Notes under the pieces: model-generated
The model's input: only the letters and a program-made list of their open reading frames with translations
Database searches by the model: none
Told to the model about the DNA's origin: nothing
Program-made: the position numbers and the translations under genes
Assembly: GCA_049510745.1 (NCBI GenBank)
Contig: JBEKYR010000002.1
Span: forward strand, 32,001-96,000
DNA length: 64,000 bases
Source: Verrucomicrobiota bacterium
GTDB taxonomy: Bacteria > Verrucomicrobiota > Verrucomicrobiia > Limisphaerales > Palsa-1400
Direction: 5' to 3'
Shown: positions 21,519 to 33,373 of the stretch, piece by piece
Layout: each line of letters starts with the position of its first letter
Numbering within the stretch: the stretch's first letter is position 1

Positions 21519-23411
21519 GTGAAGCGAATGTTTGTTTATCCAAAAAAGTATGATGTAATCGTGGTTGGGGCTGGTCATGCCGGCGTTGAGGCCGCTCTGG
21601 CGGCAGCCAAGATGGGCGGTTCGACGCTGTTGCTGACCATTAACGCCGATACCATCGGCCAAATGTCCTGTAATCCGGCAATCGGCGGACTGGCCAAAGG
21701 TCATTTGGCGCGAGAGATCGATGCGCTTGGCGGAGAAATGGGGAAAGCGACTGACATGACCGGGTTGCAGTTTCGGATGCTGAACACAAAGAAAGGGCCG
21801 TCAGTCTGGGCGCCGCGCGCTCAATGCGATAAGAAGGCCTATCAGTTTCGGCTGAAATGGATTTGCGAACGGGAGCCGAATTTGGATGTGAAGCAGGGCC
21901 AGGTTGCGAAGATACTTCACAAGGACGGTGCCGCCTTTGGAATCGAAACGACGCTCGACGTTCAGTATCACGGCAAGACGGTCGTCATCACAACGGGCAC
22001 GTTTTTGCGGGGGTTGATGCATATCGGGTCGAACCAGCAATCGGGTGGCCGGGCTGGGGAGGCGGCGGCGATGGGACTTTCGGGGTCGCTAAAGGAATTG
22101 GGGCTTGAATTGGGTCGGCTCAAGACCGGCACGCCCCCCCGGCTGCTGCGTCGAAGCATTGATTTTTCAAAGACCGAGATTCAGCCGGGTGACGAGCCGG
22201 TTCCCTATTTCACCTATTGGAAGGACGATTTGTTCCACGTGGAACATTCCGGGCGGTACCCTTCCGGCTCCATCCTCGAGCGGATTAACGGCCAGTTGCC
22301 TTGTTATATCACTTATACCACAGACGCCACCGCCCAGATCATCCGCGCTAATCTCCACAAATCTCCGATGTATTCGGGCGTCATTGAAGGGGTCGGCCCG
22401 CGTTACTGTCCGTCCATCGAGGACAAGATTGTGAAGTTCCCGGATAAAGAGCGACAGCAGATTTTCCTGGAACCGGAGGGGATTGCGACCGACGAAATCT
22501 ACGTCAATGGCTTCTCGACTTGCCTGCCATTCGAGGTCCAGGTCCAAATGGTCCGAACCATTATCGGTTGCGAACAAGCCGAGATCATGCGGCCGGCTTA
22601 CGCAGTTGAATATGATTTTGCGTTCCCGACACAACTCCAGCCTTCGCTCGAAACCAAAGTCTGCCGCAACCTTTTTCTGGCGGGTCAGATAAACGGCACT
22701 TCAGGTTACGAAGAGGCCGGCGCACAAGGGATCATCGCCGGCATCAATGCCATGCGTCGCATCCAGGACCGTGAACCCATTATCGTTCGCCGGAACGAAG
22801 CTTACATTGGCGTGTTGATTGACGACCTGGTTACGAAGGGAACCATTGAGCCGTATCGGATGTTCACCTCGCGGGCGGAATACCGCCTCCTGTTGCGCCA
22901 GGACAACGCCGATCTGCGCCTCTCCCAACTCGGCTACGACATCGGCCTTTTGCCACTACGCAACTTCCAGAAGTTCCAAACCAAAAAGGCGGCCATCGAA
23001 AGCGAACTTGCCCGGCTCGAAAAGACGCGGGCCGGTTCGGAATCTCTTGCGCAAATGCTGCGCCGGCCGGAAGTGACGTACGCGGACCTGCCGGACCGAA
23101 ACGCGGGGCTGCCGTTGGAAGTCATCCAACAAGTTGAGATAGCGGTAAAGTATGAAGGCTACATTGCCCGCCAGGAAATCGAAGTTGCCAAACTCAAGGG
23201 ACTTGAAGACAAACAAATCCCGCGCTGGCTCGACTACGCCAAAGTGCCGAGCCTCCGAACCGAAGCCCGCCAGAAGCTCTCCAAAATCCAGCCCGCGACC
23301 CTCGGCCAAGCATCGAGGATATCCGGGGTGTCCCCATCCGATGTCGGAATCCTGATGATTTGGATGAGGCAAGGAGCGCCACCGCCTCCAGAACCCGTCG
23401 AGCAGGAGTAG
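21519..23411 (+). CDS. mnmG: tRNA uridine-5-carboxymethylaminomethyl modification enzyme
   Basis: GAGHAG, MSCNPAIGG, KTGTPPR, GPRYCPSIEDK, AGQINGTSGYEEA and YRMFTSRAE motifs; start may be ATG 21528. Confidence 0.98.
   Translation: MKRMFVYPKKYDVIVVGAGHAGVEAALAAAKMGGSTLLLTINADTIGQMSCNPAIGGLAKGHLAREIDALGGEMGKATDMTGLQFRMLNTKKGPSVWAPRAQCDKKAYQFRLKWICEREPNLDVKQGQVAKILHKDGAAFGIETTLDVQYHGKTVVITTGTFLRGLMHIGSNQQSGGRAGEAAAMGLSGSLKELGLELGRLKTGTPPRLLRRSIDFSKTEIQPGDEPVPYFTYWKDDLFHVEHSGRYPSGSILERINGQLPCYITYTTDATAQIIRANLHKSPMYSGVIEGVGPRYCPSIEDKIVKFPDKERQQIFLEPEGIATDEIYVNGFSTCLPFEVQVQMVRTIIGCEQAEIMRPAYAVEYDFAFPTQLQPSLETKVCRNLFLAGQINGTSGYEEAGAQGIIAGINAMRRIQDREPIIVRRNEAYIGVLIDDLVTKGTIEPYRMFTSRAEYRLLLRQDNADLRLSQLGYDIGLLPLRNFQKFQTKKAAIESELARLEKTRAGSESLAQMLRRPEVTYADLPDRNAGLPLEVIQQVEIAVKYEGYIARQEIEVAKLKGLEDKQIPRWLDYAKVPSLRTEARQKLSKIQPATLGQASRISGVSPSDVGILMIWMRQGAPPPPEPVEQE
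22231..22246. promoter_or_regulatory. parS centromere-like site inside mnmG
   Basis: Perfect 16-bp palindrome TGTTCCACGTGGAACA matching the parS consensus. Confidence 0.85.
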
Positions 23412-23415
23412 CGGG

Positions 23416-23452
23416 AGTGCCATTGTGGCACTAGAGTGTGACAACATGTCCC
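23416..23452 (+). promoter_or_regulatory. Tandem palindromic putative upstream activator sites
   Basis: AGTGCCA-TTG-TGGCACT (23416-23432) and GTGACA-ACA-TGTCCC (23438-23452), about 80-110 nt upstream of the sigma54 motif. Confidence 0.6.
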
Positions 23453-23528
23453 ATTTACCAGCATTTAGGCTTGAAGCAGTTGTTACATAAGTGGCTTTCA
23501 ATAAACGACATATAACTTTTCATAGCAT

Positions 23529-23545
23529 CTGGCACCAACATTGCT
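23529..23545 (+). promoter_or_regulatory. Sigma54 (-24/-12) promoter of dnaK-groES-groEL
   Basis: CTGGCAC-CAACA-TTGCT with exact consensus spacing, 26 nt before the dnaK ATG. Confidence 0.8.
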
Positions 23546-23571
23546 CATGAAAAGGGGACAACTGATTTTTT

Positions 23572-25521
23572 ATGTCTAAGGTAATTGGAATTGATCTCGG
23601 AACCACTAATTCTTGCATGGCCGTTATGGAAGGCGGCGAACCGGTGGTATTGGAAAACTCGGAAGGCAAACGCACGACTCCTTCTATCGTCGCCTTCACC
23701 AAGACCGGCGAACGCCTGGTCGGCGACGCCGCCAAGCGCCAGGCGGTGACGAATTCCCGCAACACGGTCTATTCGATCAAACGCTTCATGGGCCGCAAAT
23801 ACGGCGAAGTCCAGGAAGAGTTGAAGCGGGTCCCTTACAAAGTGGTATCCGGCCCCAACGGCGACGCCGCGGTGGAAGTTGAGGTGGACGGCAAGCCCAA
23901 GCAATTCAGCCCGCCGGAAATCTCGGCGATGATCCTGACCAAGCTCAAGACCGACGCCGAGATGCGCCTGGGGGAAAAGATCACCCAGGCCGTCATCACG
24001 GTGCCCGCCTATTTCAACGACTCGCAGCGCCAGGCAACCAAGGACGCCGGCCGCATCGCCGGCCTGGAAGTGCTGCGCATCATCAACGAGCCGACGGCGG
24101 CCTCGCTGGCCTACGGACTTGACAAGAAGAAAAACGAGGAGATCGCCGTCTATGACTTGGGCGGCGGCACCTTCGACATCTCCGTGCTGGAAATCGGCGA
24201 CGGCGTTTTCGAGGTCAAAGCCACCAACGGCGACACCCATCTGGGCGGCGACGACTGGGACAACCGCATCATGGACTGGATTCTGGACGAGTTCAAACGC
24301 GAGCACGGCATGGACCTGCGCAAACAGCCCGACGCCCTCCAGCGCATCAAGGAGGAATCGGAAAAGGCCAAGATCGCCCTTTCCAGCGCCCAAACTTACG
24401 AGATCAATCTCCCCTTCATCACGGCCGACGCCTCCGGCCCCAAACACGTCAGCGCCAAATTGACGCGCGCCAAGATGGAACAGTTGTGCGACGACCTTTT
24501 CGAGCGCACCATCGGCCCTGTCAAGAATTGCTTGAAGGACTCCGGCCTGACCGGCGACAAGATGGACGAGTTGGTGCTCGTCGGCGGCATGACCCGCATG
24601 CCCCGGGTGGTGGAAACCGCCCACGGCCTGGTCAACAAACCCCCGCACCAGGGCGTCAACCCGGATGAAGTCGTGGCCGTCGGCGCCGCCATCCAGGCGG
24701 GCGTCCTCAAAGGCGAAGTCAAGGACGTGCTGCTGCTGGACGTGACGCCGTTGTCGCTGGGCATCGAGACCCTGGGGGGCGTTTTCACCAAGTTGATCGA
24801 CCGGAACACGACGATTCCGACGCGGAAATCGGAAATCTTCTCGACAGCATCGGACAACCAGCCCGGGGTCGAGATTCACGTCTTGCAGGGGGAGCGGCAG
24901 TTTTCGCGCGACAACAAGACGATCGGCAAATTTCATTTGACAGATATTCCGCCCGCCCCGCGGGGCGTGCCGCAGGTCGAGGTGACCTTTGATATTGACG
25001 CCAACGGCATTTTGCACGTCAGCGCCAAGGACCTCGGCACGGGCAAGGAACAGAAGATCACCATCACCGCCAGCAGCGGCCTGTCCAAGGACGAGATCGA
25101 GAAGATGCGCAAGGACGCCGAGAGCCACGCGGAAGAAGACAAACAGAAGCGGGAAGAAGTCGAGGCCCGCAACGAGGGCGACAACGCGGTCTATCGCAGC
25201 GAAAAAATGCTCAAGGACAACGCCGCGAAAATCTCCGCCCCGCAAAAGGAGAAGATTGAAGAAGCGGTCAAGGCCGCGCAAGAGGCGTTGAAAGGGACGG
25301 ACACGTCCGCCATCCGCGCCGCGACCGAGAAACTCAACGAGGCCTGGCAGGCAGCCTCCGCCGACATGTATCGCGCCGCCTCCGAGGCGGCCAAGTCCCG
25401 CTCCGGCCCCGGCCCGGCGGGTCCGAAGCCGCCGCCCGGTGGCCAGCAAGAACCCGGCCCCGGCCAGGGAAAGGAAGAAGGCCCGATTATTGACGCGGAA
25501 GTGGTGGACGAGAAGAAGTGA
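23572..25521 (+). CDS. dnaK: Chaperone DnaK
   Basis: [25 protein letters not shown] and DNQPGV motifs. Confidence 0.99.
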   Translation: MSKVIGIDLGTTNSCMAVMEGGEPVVLENSEGKRTTPSIVAFTKTGERLVGDAAKRQAVTNSRNTVYSIKRFMGRKYGEVQEELKRVPYKVVSGPNGDAAVEVEVDGKPKQFSPPEISAMILTKLKTDAEMRLGEKITQAVITVPAYFNDSQRQATKDAGRIAGLEVLRIINEPTAASLAYGLDKKKNEEIAVYDLGGGTFDISVLEIGDGVFEVKATNGDTHLGGDDWDNRIMDWILDEFKREHGMDLRKQPDALQRIKEESEKAKIALSSAQTYEINLPFITADASGPKHVSAKLTRAKMEQLCDDLFERTIGPVKNCLKDSGLTGDKMDELVLVGGMTRMPRVVETAHGLVNKPPHQGVNPDEVVAVGAAIQAGVLKGEVKDVLLLDVTPLSLGIETLGGVFTKLIDRNTTIPTRKSEIFSTASDNQPGVEIHVLQGERQFSRDNKTIGKFHLTDIPPAPRGVPQVEVTFDIDANGILHVSAKDLGTGKEQKITITASSGLSKDEIEKMRKDAESHAEEDKQKREEVEARNEGDNAVYRSEKMLKDNAAKISAPQKEKIEEAVKAAQEALKGTDTSAIRAATEKLNEAWQAASADMYRAASEAAKSRSGPGPAGPKPPPGGQQEPGPGQGKEEGPIIDAEVVDEKK

Positions 25522-25656
25522 CGATACGGGCCGTCTGCCTGGATCGATTGCCGGCCGCCGGCGCGGCGGCCGCGCCTTGAAGATTTTCCCGCCTGTGAGT
25601 GCGGCGGGATTTTGATTCGAAGAGAATAAAAACAAAACAAAAAGGAAAACATAGTT

Positions 25657-25950
25657 ATGGCCATTAACGTCAAACCTCTCGGCGACAGGATTCTTGTCGA
25701 ACCCGCCGAAGAACGCGAAGTCAAGAAGGGCGGCATCATCATCCCCGATACCGCCAAGGAAAAACCCACCGAAGGCATCGTCGTCGCCCTCGGCACGGGC
25801 AAAACCGACGACAACGGAAAGAAAGTTCCGTTTGAAGTCAAAAAGGGCGACCGGGTGCTCGTCAGCAAATACGGCGGCACGGAAATCAAACTCAACGACA
25901 AGGACTACAAAATCCTGAGCACGGATGACATCCTCGCCATCATTGAATAG
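25657..25950 (+). CDS. groES: Co-chaperonin GroES
   Basis: [22 protein letters not shown] and KYGGTE motifs. Confidence 0.99.
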   Translation: MAINVKPLGDRILVEPAEEREVKKGGIIIPDTAKEKPTEGIVVALGTGKTDDNGKKVPFEVKKGDRVLVSKYGGTEIKLNDKDYKILSTDDILAIIE

Positions 25951-25981
25951 CCCCAAACGCTTTATCCACTCTAAATTCTAA

Positions 25982-27646
<1,665 letters not shown>

Positions 27647-27680
27647 GCCGTTAATCTCCCAGGGAGAACAGGGGAACCGA

Positions 27681-27719
27681 GCGAGGCTGGCCTTTGGGCC
27701 GGCCTCGCATTTTATTTAT
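27681..27719 (+). terminator. Intrinsic terminator after groEL
   Basis: GCGAGGCTGGCC...GGCCGGCCTCGC stem followed by ATTTTATTT. Confidence 0.7.
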
Positions 27720-27739
27720 GCCGGACGCCCTGTGCGTGC

Positions 27740-27926
27740 TGAACGCATGAAAGGCTTGATTTTGGTTGCTGGCGGCAACATCCTTCTTGGCAAATGAAAT
27801 GCGAGGCTGTTGCGGTAGTCGCAATATCGCTTGAGCCAGGCGCAGTAACTGTGCTGTGCTGCGAATGCAAGATGGTTGCCCCGTATCACTTCCGTAGTGA
27901 CGGCGCACCGCTTCGTCGGCATTCGC
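27740..27926 (-). pseudogene. Integron-integrase-like (IntI N-terminal SAM domain) remnant
   Basis: Across frameshifts it reads NADEAVRR/TTEVIRGNHLAFAAQHSYCAWLKRYCDY.../AKKDVAASNQNQAFHA; VAAS.QNQA is an IntI signature. Confidence 0.7.
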
Positions 27927-27984
27927 GTGGCCATTTTGATACACGAACCGCCAGTTGTATATTAATTCTTAACCCGATTCACCT

Positions 27985-28380
27985 ATGATCGCCAAAGACT
28001 ACCAGGAAGTTTATGAAGCGGTGTCCGCGATGATCCAAAATCTGTTTCTTCAAGGTGTAAGAGGCGTAGCCACATTTGGTGAGGTGACCAGCGACGCTGA
28101 ATCCTTTGCACTATCCATACAAACGGCATGTCATCAAGACCGGGTAGAAGAATTGATAAGAGCGAATCCGGGAAAAGCCGCAACATTTCTGACCGTGTTA
28201 GATCAGATTCGTACCGAATTAGATCCCATAGTCAAAAAAACTGGTGCAGAAATGACGGACATTTCCAGAATATGCGTGATTTCAGGCGAGGCAGTGCTTT
28301 ATGCAGTGAAAGCGAGGCGTCGGCGGCGAGAAGGTTTCAGCGGTGCATATTTACCGTACCCTAAGGACGATCGAGTATGA
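27985..28380 (+). CDS. Hypothetical protein (cassette-like, lower GC)
   Basis: 131 aa ORF with ATGA overlap to the next gene. Confidence 0.55.
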   Translation: MIAKDYQEVYEAVSAMIQNLFLQGVRGVATFGEVTSDAESFALSIQTACHQDRVEELIRANPGKAATFLTVLDQIRTELDPIVKKTGAEMTDISRICVISGEAVLYAVKARRRRREGFSGAYLPYPKDDRV

Positions 28381-28781
28381 CGGCGCTTGAAGCTATTCCT
28401 AAGATCAGCGAGTTGCTGGCTCGACTCATTAAGCTCTCGAAGAACAGAGAGACAGGGGCGCTTGTTCAACAGATACAGGAGCACCAGCTTGTTATACATA
28501 GAGCATTGGTGGACGCGGACGCGAAGATCCGTGACCTTGAGCGTCAGCTTGAGGCAGAAAAGTTTGAGGAAAAGAGGATTCATAGATTGATTACGTTTAG
28601 ACGTGGAAAGAACACAGGTGGGAAGTGGGTGGCTTTTTGTTCCAAGTGCAATATGCCCGCCGGGCAAGGACAGAACATTTTAGGAAAGGTCGTTTGTATG
28701 GTGGTGTGTTCTGGACATTGCGGGTGGCAAGTTCCGATTCCAGAGACATTACAGCAAGTCATAAAGGAGCTTGAAGGATGA
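28377..28781 (+). CDS. Hypothetical coiled-coil protein with C-terminal Cys cluster (CSKC...CSGHC)
   Basis: 134 aa ORF with putative Zn-ribbon; followed by an attC-like sequence. Confidence 0.65.
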   Translation: MTALEAIPKISELLARLIKLSKNRETGALVQQIQEHQLVIHRALVDADAKIRDLERQLEAEKFEEKRIHRLITFRRGKNTGGKWVAFCSKCNMPAGQGQNILGKVVCMVVCSGHCGWQVPIPETLQQVIKELEG

Positions 28782-28788
28782 CCGTGAG

Positions 28789-28834
28789 GTTTAAGAAGCC
28801 GCTGCAGCTAACGTTGGTTGGCCGCTTTAGTTCA
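28789..28834 (+). mobile_element. Truncated attC-like site
   Basis: GTTTAAGAAGCCGCTGCAGCTAACG..GTTGGCCGC resembles an attC left arm; no right arm found. Confidence 0.45.
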
Positions 28835-30146
28835 CTGCATCACTGCCCGATAAAATCGCGCTGGTTGGCCGACACCGGCAGGGTCAATCAGCGAATACGG
28901 GCTGACCGACAAATTGGTCACGGAAAGCAGATTTATCCAGTTGGGATTGTCTAAATTGGTGCTGTATTCGACCACGAAATTGTTTCCCAATGTGCCAGAC
29001 AGATTCAATTGCGGACAACCTGCCGAAAATTGCAATGTCAACATTGGTGGCACAACTGGCGGAAGCAACAAACGAAACACAGTTCCATAACCATCAACGC
29101 CGGAATTCTCGGACGGTCCGTAGAAATCGCTTCCGCCGAAATGCGTCGTTCCGTAGAAATTGCCGTCATTTCCGAGGATCAGAGTGCCGCCTGGCTCCTG
29201 CCCGTTGGTTCCATTGAATGAAACCAACGTGGTCAAAGCGCCTTTAGGCGTCACTTGGAAAACCGTTCCATACGTTCCTAACGACCCGCTCGTAAAGCCA
29301 ACGCCGCCGCCGCCCGTCGTACCATAGAATTTTCCGTCATTGCCAAGTGTCAGTCCATTCGGATACAACCCGTTGGTCCCGTCGAATGAAACTAACGTGG
29401 TCAAAGCGCCTTTAGGCGTCACTTGGAAAACCGTCCCGTAACCAAGGCCGGCTTGGACCGACCCAAAACCGTCGCCGCCGTATGTTGTCGTTCCGTAGAA
29501 ATTGCCGTCATTTCCCGGCGTCAGAGCGGCTTCCGGACACACGCCGTTTGACCCATTGGCATTGAATACAGCCAGCGTGGTCAACGTGCCGTTGGACGTC
29601 GCTTTGAAAACCGTTCCACAACCGGCGGGGGACGCCGCCGTCTTCCGTCGTGCCGTAGAAATTCCCATCATTGCCCAGCGTCAGCGCGCCCTCAGGCTGC
29701 TCCGCGTTGATGCCATTGAACGAAGCCAATGTGATCAATGTGCCGTTTGTCGTCACTTTGAAAAACGTGCCACCGTCATCATTTTCCCCGTATGGCGTTG
29801 TTCCGTAGAAATTGCCGTCATTGCCCAGGGTCAGAGGGGCGTCTGGCTGTGCTCCGTTGGTTACGTTGAACGAAACCAATGTGGTCAAAGCGCCGTTGGT
29901 CGTCACTTGGAAAACCGTTCCCTCGTTATCGCTGCCGCCTTCTTCCGTTGTTCCGTAGAAATTGCCATCATTCCCCAACGTGAGTCCATTCGGATGGGAG
30001 GCGCCATTGAATGAATAGATGGTTTGTATGCTCTGAGCGCCAACCAGGGACGCCGATGCGATGAACAGAAGCGCGATTACGAATTTGAAAGGCAATTTTA
30101 CCGCATCGGAGCGATAGGGATGAAACGACTTTGCCGAAGCGCTCAT
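28832..30146 (-). pseudogene. Secreted GloVer-type tandem repeat (beta-propeller) protein, frameshifted near 29630
   Basis: LTLGNDGNFYGTT..GG...GTVFQVT repeats split over two frames; C-terminal EYSTNL..W...RFYRAV domain. Confidence 0.8.
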
Positions 30147-30260
30147 AGACACGAATGATTGCGCACAGAACCGCTTGTGTCGAGCAGGAAAGGTGAATGT
30201 AGGGCAACCGGAGAATTCTGCGGCAGCTCATCGGCGGTCGTGGTCGGGCGATTTAACGGC

Positions 30261-30968
30261 TCACCGCTTCTCGTTGTAACTCCTTTGACTGTATTTCGCG
30301 GCGCGAAGTTCTTCGGTGAGATTCTGCAACTCAGCGGCGATCTCCAGCGGTTCCCATTCGATCGCAAACTCCTCCCGCGCGGCCTGGCACATCGCCGTTT
30401 CCCAACTCTCCCGCGCCAAGCCGAGGGGCGGGGGCTGCACTGAGCCTTGCACCAGCAATCCGTGGCGCGTCCGGCGTTGCGCCGCGCCCGCTATCTTGCG
30501 TCCGTGCCACAGCACGTCGTCCTTCTCCGCCCCGGCGAAACATTGTCCTGGTATTTCTTTTTGACTCCCCGGAGACAAAACCGCGGCCACGTTCATTTTC
30601 GCGAAGGCGGCGCGCACCCATTGGTGGACCCGTTGATAGCTTTCCACCGCCTTGAGCCGATGCCAGAAGTGGCCCGCCGGAAAAACCAGGCTGTAGGTCC
30701 AATCGGCGTCGTGCGGCACCAATCCGCCGCCGGTGGGCCGCCGCACCAGCGGGCGCAACAGCGTCAGCTTTTCAACGTCCGCGTATTTTTGCGCGTAACC
30801 GAACGTCGCGGCGGATTCCTTCCAGCCGTAAAATCGCAGGACGGGCCGGCCCAGCTCCGGCGCGGATTCCAGCAGGGCCTCGTCCAGCGCCATGTTGTAA
30901 TCGGCGGCGTTTTTGCCTTGCCGCAACAAGTGCCAGACGGCGGCTGTGGGTTTTTCGTCCGTCGCCAT
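30261..30968 (-). CDS. Lipoate-protein ligase/octanoyltransferase (LplA/LipM family)
   Basis: NMALDEALL, LRFYGW, VRRPTGGG and GRKIAGAAQRR motifs. Confidence 0.9.
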   Translation of the reverse strand: MATDEKPTAAVWHLLRQGKNAADYNMALDEALLESAPELGRPVLRFYGWKESAATFGYAQKYADVEKLTLLRPLVRRPTGGGLVPHDADWTYSLVFPAGHFWHRLKAVESYQRVHQWVRAAFAKMNVAAVLSPGSQKEIPGQCFAGAEKDDVLWHGRKIAGAAQRRTRHGLLVQGSVQPPPLGLARESWETAMCQAAREEFAIEWEPLEIAAELQNLTEELRAAKYSQRSYNEKR

Positions 30969-30969
30969 T

Positions 30970-31674
30970 CTAAATCCGCGCCAGCATCTTCTGGCGCTGC
31001 TCCGGCGTCAGTTTGGGGTCCAAAACTTTGCGGCCGGCGGGACAGTCCGCGTTGATCTCGCAACCGGCGCAATCCGGGCTGCGCGCGAAACAGCGCCGCC
31101 GTCCGTGCCAGATCAGCCAATGGCTCAAGAGCGTCCAATTCTCTTGCGGCGCCAGCGCCTGCAAGTCGGCTTCGATCTTCTCCGGCCCGGTGTGCGCGCT
31201 CAAACCCAGCCGGGCGGACAAACGCGCCACGTGCGTATCGACCACGATCCCGGCGTTGATCTGAAAGGCGTTGCCCAGCACGACGTTGGCCGTCTTGCGT
31301 CCGACTCCGCCCAACTCAGTCAACTCTTCCATCGTGCGCGGCACGGCGCCGCCGTGTTTCTCGACCAATGTGCGGCAGGCGGCTTGAATATTCTTGGCCT
31401 TGTTGCGGTAAAGGCCGATGCGCCGAATATCCCCTTCCAATTGCGCGAGAGGCGCGCCGGCATAATCCGCCGCGCTCCGGTATTTTTTGAAAAGCTCGGG
31501 CGTCACGAGGTTGACCTGGCGGTCGGTGCATTGCGCGGAAAGGATGGTGGCGATGAGCAATTCCAAGGGGCTGGAATAATCCAACTCGCAATGCGCCTGC
31601 GGATACGCGGCCTTGAGGCGGGCCATGATCCGTTGCGCGCGCAGCCGGCGGTTTTCAAGAGTTTCGCGGGCCAT
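30970..31674 (-). CDS. nth: Endonuclease III
   Basis: LLIATILSAQCTD, GVGRKTANVV and VDTH motifs; C-terminal 4Fe-4S cysteines. Confidence 0.96.
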   Translation of the reverse strand: MARETLENRRLRAQRIMARLKAAYPQAHCELDYSSPLELLIATILSAQCTDRQVNLVTPELFKKYRSAADYAGAPLAQLEGDIRRIGLYRNKAKNIQAACRTLVEKHGGAVPRTMEELTELGGVGRKTANVVLGNAFQINAGIVVDTHVARLSARLGLSAHTGPEKIEADLQALAPQENWTLLSHWLIWHGRRRCFARSPDCAGCEINADCPAGRKVLDPKLTPEQRQKMLARI

Positions 31675-31689
31675 GCTAAAACAATCCCT

Positions 31690-31925
31690 TAGTGTTGATG
31701 AAGAGACTAAAGATGCCCGCCTGCGCGGCGACGTATAAAAACTGCGCCCTCACCGCCATCGAAAAGTGCGGATGCGTCCAGATGGAGTGCGACACATCGG
31801 GTGTCGTATCGTCCAGGTGATAATCATCCGGGGGTTTGATGTCCGAGATGTAAGCGAAGTAAAACGCCACCGCGAGAACCAGCGCCACGACGGCTACGAT
31901 GATGTAAGGGATATAAAACAGAATA
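31690..31925 (-). pseudogene. Internal fragment of a FucP-like MFS permease
   Basis: YIPY...HFSMAVRAQFLYVAAQAGIFSLFIN parallels the neighbouring permease (HFTLGVATQFLYVAAQTGIFSFFVN). Confidence 0.75.
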
Positions 31926-32097
31926 AATCCCGTGCGGAACAGCCCCAACAACGGCGAGGACTTCATAACCCTGTCGAGTGCAACTGGTGAGGGCGTAATC
32001 TCATGTCGTTTCGAGGAGAGAGTTTATTCCTTCAGTCGTCCATTGTCCATCCTGGATCGACTGAGGGAACCTCAACCGGCTGCCGGCGCCGATGAAT

Positions 32098-33369
32098 TCA
32101 GGCCAGACTGTCCCTGGCTTCCAGCTTCTGCCAGACGGCGCCGTAGAGGGCGATAAAGACAAAGCAAACAAGCGGGACCGCGAATCCGATGCGCATGGAA
32201 TAAACATCCGCGATATGGCCCATGAAGGGCGGAGCAAGTGCCCCACCCACGATGGACATGACGAGCAGCGACGAGCCGAGCTTGGTGTGATCACCCAACC
32301 CGCGGATGCTGAGCGCAAAAATGGTCGGGAACATGACGGACATGAAGAAGAACGTGCCGAAGAGGGCGCCTAAGCCCGGTTTCCCGCCGCCCATGGCCAC
32401 CGCGGAAAGCACGACGTTGATGACGGCGTAGGCCGTGAGCACGCGTTGTGGTTTGAACTGGCTGATCACCACGCTGCCGCAGAGCCGGCCGAACATGAAC
32501 AGGCCAAAACCAAAGGCGCCCAACCAGGTGGAGGCCTGCAGCTTGGTCACGCCGGGATCGTTCTCCAGGACGTAATTGACGAAGAAGCTGAAGATGCCCG
32601 TCTGGGCGGCGACGTAGAGGAATTGCGTGGCCACGCCAAGGGTGAAATGTCGGCGCTGCCACAAAGTCCTTTTCCCTTTGCCTTCGGCTTCCACTTTGAC
32701 TTCTTCTTCCGCGCGGAGGTCCGGCACATTGGCCAGGGCGAAAATCACGACCAGGATTGACACGACAAACGCCACGCCCAGATAGGGGATATAAAGACCG
32801 GCATCCGCGTTCGCGCCGTTGCCGCTGCCAAAGACGAAATGTCCGCCCACAATCGGCCCGAGAATCCAGCCCACGCCGTTGAAGGTTTGGGCGATGTTGA
32901 TGCGGGTGGCGCCGCCCTCCAGCGCGCCGAGCAGGGTGGTGTAAGGATTGGCAATGGTCTCCAGACAGGTCATGCCGGCGGCCACAATGAACAGGCCGGT
33001 CAGGAACGCCCAATAGGTTCCGATATGGGTGGCAGGAATAAACCAGAACGCGCCGCCGGCGATGAGCGACAAGCCGGCCAGGATGCCGCCTTTGTAACCA
33101 AATTTCCGCGCCAGCAGCCCGGCCGGAATCGCCATCAGAAAATAGGCAATATAATTGGCGAATTGCACCAAGCCCGACTGCGCCTTGTTGATGTGAAGCG
33201 AGTCCTGGAAATGCTTGTTGAGGATGTCAATCATGCCATTGCAGAAGCCCCAGAGCAGGAAGAGCGAGGTGACGAGCACGAACGTCATCATCATGTTTTT
33301 GCCATCGGGGGTGCGGAACAAGCTCGCGCCGGTGCGGGTCGGCGTGGCGATTGGGGGAGTGGGTGTCAT
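32098..33369 (-). CDS. fucP: L-fucose/glucose:H+ symporter family MFS permease
   Basis: LFLLWGF, LETIANPY, RINIAQTFNG, MFPTIF and MSIVGGA motifs. Confidence 0.88.
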   Translation of the reverse strand: MTPTPPIATPTRTGASLFRTPDGKNMMMTFVLVTSLFLLWGFCNGMIDILNKHFQDSLHINKAQSGLVQFANYIAYFLMAIPAGLLARKFGYKGGILAGLSLIAGGAFWFIPATHIGTYWAFLTGLFIVAAGMTCLETIANPYTTLLGALEGGATRINIAQTFNGVGWILGPIVGGHFVFGSGNGANADAGLYIPYLGVAFVVSILVVIFALANVPDLRAEEEVKVEAEGKGKRTLWQRRHFTLGVATQFLYVAAQTGIFSFFVNYVLENDPGVTKLQASTWLGAFGFGLFMFGRLCGSVVISQFKPQRVLTAYAVINVVLSAVAMGGGKPGLGALFGTFFFMSVMFPTIFALSIRGLGDHTKLGSSLLVMSIVGGALAPPFMGHIADVYSMRIGFAVPLVCFVFIALYGAVWQKLEARDSLA

Positions 33370-33373
33370 GTGA

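Noticed and set aside
23401..23571. CIRCE element before dnaK
   Set aside because: No TTAGCACTC-N9-GAGTGCTAA; the partial GCACT/GAGTG matches have the wrong spacing.
25962..25970. DnaA-box-like TTATCCACT between groES and groEL
   Set aside because: A single mismatched box with no cluster.
27794..27988. 64 aa Cys-rich ORF
   Set aside because: Lies antisense to the integrase remnant, which explains the sequence better.
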